Assembly: GCA_963662335.2 (NCBI GenBank)
Contig: CAXXVD010000001.1
Span: 192,001 to 256,000, forward strand
Origin: Chloroflexota bacterium
Lineage (GTDB): Bacteria > Chloroflexota > UBA11872 > VXOZ01
DNA length: 64,000 bases
Direction: 5' to 3'
A program made the translations under genes and the position numbers. This document shows positions 61,387-64,000 of the stretch, piece by piece. The notes under the pieces are model-generated. The model saw only the letters and a list, made by a program, of their open reading frames with translations, searched no databases and had not been told where the DNA came from. Each line of letters begins with the position of its first letter. Positions within the stretch are counted from its first letter, which is position 1.

Positions 61387-62409
61387 TCAGGCGGGACAGA
61401 ACACGTCGCGCGGCACAATGCTCAGGCGCAAGTCGTGCGCGCCGTCGGCGCGGGCGCACTCGTAGTAGAAATAGAGGTTTTCACCTACCGGCAGCGCATC
61501 CACGTAGCGCACCGAACGCGAGCCGCCGCGCGACTGCACCACCGGCCCGTTAACACTCAAGCGGGTGAAGCGGCGCAGGTCCGCGGAAAGCGCCAGACCG
61601 CACTGCTCCTCGTAGTTCTCGGAAACGTCCGCCGAGCCGTCGTAGAACGCGAGCCATTGCTGGCCCACGCGCGCGAGGGAAGAGATGCGGCTGCAGTAGC
61701 TATCCCAGCCCCGCTCGCGGGGCGCGAACACGTCGCCCTGCCACTCCCAGTTGCGCCCGTCGCCGCTCACGGCCAGGCCCGTGCTCGACTTGGCGATGCC
61801 GGTGTTATAGACGTCGGCGGTGGCGTGCATGGCCTCGCGCGCGGGCGCGTCCGCCAGCGTGGGCGTAGGAGCGTAACTCACGAACATGTGCCACAGGCCG
61901 CCCACGTTGACGACGTACGGGTCTTTCACACCCTCGGCGTGGATGTCCGCCGCCGTCAATACCGGCCGCCGCGACGCGGGATCAAAGTCGGCCGGCGAGT
62001 CGGCTTCCAGCACGTCGATCCGCCAGCGGTTGTCCGCGCTATCCACAAACGAGACGTAGAGCAGAAAGCGCCCGTCCGCGTCCCGCACCAGGCTGCTCTT
62101 CTCCACGGAAGGAGAGCCGCCAAAGGCGTCTTTGGCAGCCGACCACACCGTCTCGAAGCGCTTCCCGTCCTCACTGCGCGCCACGTAGCACGCGAAGCCC
62201 CGATCCGGCTCCTTTCCGCGACTGGGCGCTGCGCCACGCGGACGCCGCCGCCGGTAGTAGAGGTAGAACGCCCCTTCATCGGGCAGGTAGAGCGCGCACG
62301 GCGCGCCGGCCCAATGCCCGTTGCCGGCCGCTAGCGGTTCGACCACAACGTGGGCCGCATCGGGGTCGAAAAGCGTAACCGGAAAGTGGTAGGTCTTGGC
62401 GTCGCGCAT
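61387..62409 (-). CDS. Five-bladed beta-propeller glycosidase-like protein
   Basis: WAGAP, FYLYYR, ARSEDG..F, KDPYV, GLAVSGDG..W, GWD, FYDG, FYYE repeats. Confidence 0.65.
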   Translation of the reverse strand: MRDAKTYHFPVTLFDPDAAHVVVEPLAAGNGHWAGAPCALYLPDEGAFYLYYRRRRPRGAAPSRGKEPDRGFACYVARSEDGKRFETVWSAAKDAFGGSPSVEKSSLVRDADGRFLLYVSFVDSADNRWRIDVLEADSPADFDPASRRPVLTAADIHAEGVKDPYVVNVGGLWHMFVSYAPTPTLADAPAREAMHATADVYNTGIAKSSTGLAVSGDGRNWEWQGDVFAPRERGWDSYCSRISSLARVGQQWLAFYDGSADVSENYEEQCGLALSADLRRFTRLSVNGPVVQSRGGSRSVRYVDALPVGENLYFYYECARADGAHDLRLSIVPRDVFCPA

Positions 62410-62465
62410 CGTTGGCTTGACTTTCGCGAACCGGCACGCCGGATAGCGCGCCGGCCGGGGGAAGA

Positions 62466-63464
62466 CTAGGCGAAGATTTCCGCTTCGATCTCTGACGGCG
62501 CCACCGGCCGGCTCTCCGTCGTGGAGCGATTGAACGCAAGGGTGAACGCGAGGGTCTTGAGGGCATCGTCCAACGGCGACTGAATCAACAATTCGTCGTC
62601 TTCCGCAACCGCCGCCAGGAATGCCCGCGCCATCGCCACTTCGGCTGATGGTCCCGCGGCGGCATGGACTTCGGTCCCCTGCGGCGTTATCTGCTGCAAT
62701 TCTCCCCCTGAGAAGCGCAGCAGCATCTCCTCGCTCACCAGGTCCAGCCCCGAACTCTGCGGCAGGCCGAAGAAGAGCGCGTAGGTCGTGGCCACGCTGC
62801 CCACCGCGCCGCTCTTGTAAGCAAAGACGCCGGAATAGACGTCCCAGTTTTGGAACGACTCATCGTCCTTCCACGCGCTCCGCCCAAATTCCGCAAAGAC
62901 GTTGTCCACCTCGCCTCCCAGGAGCCGGCACAGGTCGAGCAAGTGCGTGGCCTGCTCGACGATCTGGCCGCCGCCCTGGGCGGAGTCGAGATTCCACGGC
63001 ACTTTCGGCACGCCCTGATACCACCAGATGCGTGCCAGGCCGAGTTCGCGCCCGGCCAGCAGTTCCCGCGCGCGGCTCGCTAAGCTGCCGTAGCGGTGCT
63101 GGTAGCCGACGGCGCAAAGCACCCGGCCCTGCGCCACCGCCATGCGAATGCGGCGGGCGTCGAGCACGCTGAGGGCGACCGGCTTCTCCACGAAGATCGC
63201 GGCTCGCTGCGCGGCGGCGTACTCCACCTGCTCGGCGTGTAGATTAGGCGGCGTGATTATGTAGACCGCGTCGGGCTGCTCGGCGTCGAGCATGTCGCGG
63301 TAGTCGGCGTAGGCCTGCGCGCCAAAGGGCGCGGCGGCCTCCTGGGCGCGGGCTTCGTCCACGTCGCAAATCGCCGCGACCTCCGCGTTCGCCACCTGCC
63401 CCAACGCGCGATAGTGCGCCTGCGCCCGCCGTCCCGCGCCTATCCCCGCCACCCGCAAGTCCAT
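62466..63464 (-). CDS. Gfo/Idh/MocA oxidoreductase
   Basis: GIGAGRRA, FVEKP, VGYQHRY, GGGQIVEQATH. Confidence 0.88.
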   Translation of the reverse strand: MDLRVAGIGAGRRAQAHYRALGQVANAEVAAICDVDEARAQEAAAPFGAQAYADYRDMLDAEQPDAVYIITPPNLHAEQVEYAAAQRAAIFVEKPVALSVLDARRIRMAVAQGRVLCAVGYQHRYGSLASRARELLAGRELGLARIWWYQGVPKVPWNLDSAQGGGQIVEQATHLLDLCRLLGGEVDNVFAEFGRSAWKDDESFQNWDVYSGVFAYKSGAVGSVATTYALFFGLPQSSGLDLVSEEMLLRFSGGELQQITPQGTEVHAAAGPSAEVAMARAFLAAVAEDDELLIQSPLDDALKTLAFTLAFNRSTTESRPVAPSEIEAEIFA

Positions 63465-63503
63465 TATGTCACCTCGATCTCAATCTGATCGTGCCGCTCA
63501 ACC

Positions 63504-63829
63504 GTAGCGCGGGGGCTTGTCCCCCGCCGGAGCCATTGAAACTGATAAACAAAGGATTGACCTAACAATTTCGCAGGTTACAAACCTGCGCTACCGGGGA
63601 CTTTGGAGGCGAGTCTTGCCGCCGTTCTGTTTAATGCGACAGCATTAGGCCTTGTCCCCCGCTCCTTGCCGCGCCTACGTAGCGCGGGGGCTTGTCCCCC
63701 GCACTTGGCCGCTCCTACGTAGCACGAGTCTTGTCCCCCGTTTCCTTCCACCAACGCCCGGGCAAACTTGCTTCGCGTACAAGAAATGGACTGCTTCCGT
63801 TCGTGCTGAGCCTGTCGAAGTATGAACGG
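63504..63829. repeat. Cluster of REP-like palindromes (D, G, D, D, C)
   Basis: Family D at 63504, 63679 and 63719 (degenerate); G at 63572; C at 63797. Confidence 0.75.
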
Positions 63830-63883
63830 AAGCAGTCAATCTCCGCGCCGGAACAGCGCGAGTCTGCAACACGGGGCAAGCGC

Positions 63884-64000
63884 TCACGCCACCGCCGTAC
63901 CGCGCAGCGAATACGCCGTCGTCTCCTCGATGCGCACCGGCAAAATCTCGCCCACCAGATTCTCGCGGGCGTCGCTGAAGAACGTCACCCGGTCGGTGCG
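63884..64000 (-). CDS. miaB: 3' end of a TRAM-domain methylthiotransferase, probably MiaB (partial)
   Basis: My translation: RTDRVTFFSDARENLVGEILPVRIEETTAYSLRGTAVA*, a typical TRAM C-terminus. Confidence 0.65.
   Translation of the reverse strand, partial: RTDRVTFFSDARENLVGEILPVRIEETTAYSLRGTAVA

Overview
High-GC bacterial chromosome segment. The class A PBP, Tat/lipoprotein sugar-binding protein, RpoD N-terminus and repeat content suggest Chloroflexota; this is inference, not a phylogenetic result. Housekeeping genes are dnaG-rpoD, rluB-cmk, miaA-dapF, valS, argS, tRNA-Glu(CTC), the 3' end of miaB, citrate synthase and a PurH N-terminal half. They are interspersed with many sugar- and amide-catabolic enzymes. 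At least seven families of REP-like palindromes saturate the intergenic space, and some sit in frame inside proteins. The most interesting items are: (1) a lower-GC two-gene cassette, a ThsB/MTH538-like TIR domain plus a small 3-TM membrane protein (23799-24704), that looks like a non-canonical Thoeris-like defence system; (2) a GalU-like uridylyltransferase next to a GHMP kinase resembling plant glucuronokinase; (3) three tandem paralogous lipoproteins sharing an unrecognised two-Cys domain; (4) a DUF62 SAM hydrolase/halogenase homologue with the catalytic His replaced by Asn; (5) a 154-bp MITE with TIRs and a 3-bp TSD nested inside another palindrome, a 104-bp composite tandem array, and REP-derived peptide insertions; (6) three toxin-antitoxin loci whose toxins are truncated or missing. 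No CRISPR, rRNA, integrase or transposase was found. All family assignments come from motif recognition by eye; no searches were run.
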